NCBI GenBank assembly: GCA_904063045.1
Contig: CAJFCJ010000005.1
Span: 181,310-245,309 of the forward strand
Direction of reading: 5' to 3'
DNA: 64,000 nucleotides
Origin: Dimorphilus gyrociliatus
Taxonomy: Eukaryota; Animalia; Annelida
Shown: piece after piece, positions 62,752-64,000 of the stretch
How positions within the stretch are numbered: position 1 is the first letter of the stretch
Layout of the letters: each line of letters begins with the position of its first letter
Position numbers and translations under genes: made by a program
The notes under the pieces: generated by a model
Seen by the model: only the letters and a program-made list of their open reading frames with translations
The model's database searches: none
What the model was told of the DNA's origin: nothing

Positions 62752-64000
62752 ATGGATACAATTGAGAATTCTTGGAATATATTCTTATCATTAAGAAGTC
62801 AATGTTTAGAATTTATAGCAAAAAATTTGCTCAATATTCGTAAACTTTGCCAATTTCATAATTTTATTGTTCCCCATCAATTAGGTGATCTTATCTTTGA
62901 ACACGCGAATAGAGAAAATGAATTTTTAACTAAAGATGAATTGAAATTATTCTCATCGAATATATTAACATTAACAAAAGTGAATATAGACAAGGAAAAA
63001 TTTGGTAATGAAGAGAATTTTGAATTTTTAAAAAATCATCCAATTTGCAGTTTTCATACTTCAAGTTTTGATTATTTAGATAGTTTAATGTTGAATATCG
63101 ATGCAAAGAATATCAAAGAATTATCATTATACAATTGTTCTATAAAATCGAGTCAAGTTTCAGAGTTTTTTAAAGCGGCTTCTTCGTTGAGAAAGTTGAA
63201 AATTAATAGTATGAACCTTGAAGGTGAAGAATGTAAAAATATCTTTAAAGAATGCCTTCCGGTATGCTGTAATTTGAAGGAGATTCACTTGAATTTTTGT
63301 CAATTATCACCGGAAGTTGGTGAATATATTGGAATATTTATAGGTCATCAAACTCAATTAAGTATATTAAATCTTTCGAATACAAACCTCGAAGACGATA
63401 TTGGTAGATGTATGTTTGAAAATATTACGCCATCTTGTTGCGGTGTAAGAGAATTGAATATGAAAGGTTGTAAATTCTGTCCAAAGATGAGCGGATACCT
63501 GTGCAAATTTATAGGATATCAGACTCAACTCGTTACGTTGAATCTAGAAGATACAAATCTAAAAGGAGATATTGGAAGAAATCTCTTTCAAAACACGTCT
63601 CCCTTGTGCTGTAATATTGAAAAATTGTATCTTATCTACTGTAAATTTTCACCGGAAATGAGTGAACATTTAGGTAAATTTATCGGAAATCAAAAATACC
63701 TTAAAGTAATTAATTTTAAAGGAACAGACCTTAAAGGAGATATTGGAAATAATATCTTTAGAGATACAATTCCTTTATCCTATAATCTAAGAAGTATTGA
63801 CCTAAGCCATTGTGAATTTTCCAGTGAAATGAGCGAAAATTTAGGAAAGTTTATTGGAAGACAAATTCAGTTGACAAGGTTAAAATTCTTTTTATCAAAT
63901 CTTAAATCGGATATTGGTATGAATATTTTTCGTAACATTTCAAAGTCTTGCTGTAATTTAGAATATTTGAGTTTAAGTAGTTGTTACTTGTCGTTGAGAA
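62752..64000 (+). CDS. ZER1-like BC/Cul2-box N-terminus plus RI-type LRR protein, runs off the window (absent from the ORF track)
   Basis: ATG at 62752: MDTIENSWNIFLSLRSQCLEFIAKNL...VPHQLGDLIFEH...DELKLFSSNILTLTKV; LRR units recur every 171 nt (~63270 to ~63954). Confidence 0.85.
   Translation, partial: MDTIENSWNIFLSLRSQCLEFIAKNLLNIRKLCQFHNFIVPHQLGDLIFEHANRENEFLTKDELKLFSSNILTLTKVNIDKEKFGNEENFEFLKNHPICSFHTSSFDYLDSLMLNIDAKNIKELSLYNCSIKSSQVSEFFKAASSLRKLKINSMNLEGEECKNIFKECLPVCCNLKEIHLNFCQLSPEVGEYIGIFIGHQTQLSILNLSNTNLEDDIGRCMFENITPSCCGVRELNMKGCKFCPKMSGYLCKFIGYQTQLVTLNLEDTNLKGDIGRNLFQNTSPLCCNIEKLYLIYCKFSPEMSEHLGKFIGNQKYLKVINFKGTDLKGDIGNNIFRDTIPLSYNLRSIDLSHCEFSSEMSENLGKFIGRQIQLTRLKFFLSNLKSDIGMNIFRNISKSCCNLEYLSLSSCYLSLR

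Noticed and set aside
1-64000. Prokaryotic operon, CRISPR array or defence island interpretation
   Set aside because: Spliceosomal introns, eukaryotic tRNAs and metazoan domains occur throughout, and there is no repeat-spacer array. The 171-nt periodicity is protein-coding LRR.

Overview
AT-rich, gene-dense eukaryotic (animal) DNA with very short GT-AG introns (about 60-160 bp) and eukaryotic tRNA genes; it is not prokaryotic. The gene repertoire suggests a compact-genome lophotrochozoan such as an annelid (inference only). Left to right: (i) five copies (two intact) of an unidentified ~345-375 aa protein family, with a MULE remnant, an intronless frameshifted bacterial-type dapF and a multi-F-type-lectin-like gene among them; (ii) two tandem LDLa(6)-LRR-7TM (GRL101/LGR-like) receptor genes; (iii) a ZYG11/ZER1-like gene, a GPCR pseudogene fragment and a stand-alone CASPR-type fibrinogen-like domain gene; (iv) two PAN-(F-type-lectin-like)x4-PAN paralogs; (v) five single-exon genes joining a ZER1-like BC/Cul2-box N-terminus to ribonuclease-inhibitor-type 28/29-aa LRRs; (vi) four copies of a secreted CBM14x2-TSP1-C1qx3 gene in a tandem segmental duplication showing gene conversion; plus two tRNA-Trp, one tRNA-Glu and a deleted Tc1/mariner element. 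All assignments come from motif recognition by eye. No database search was run, and exon boundaries are partly inferred.
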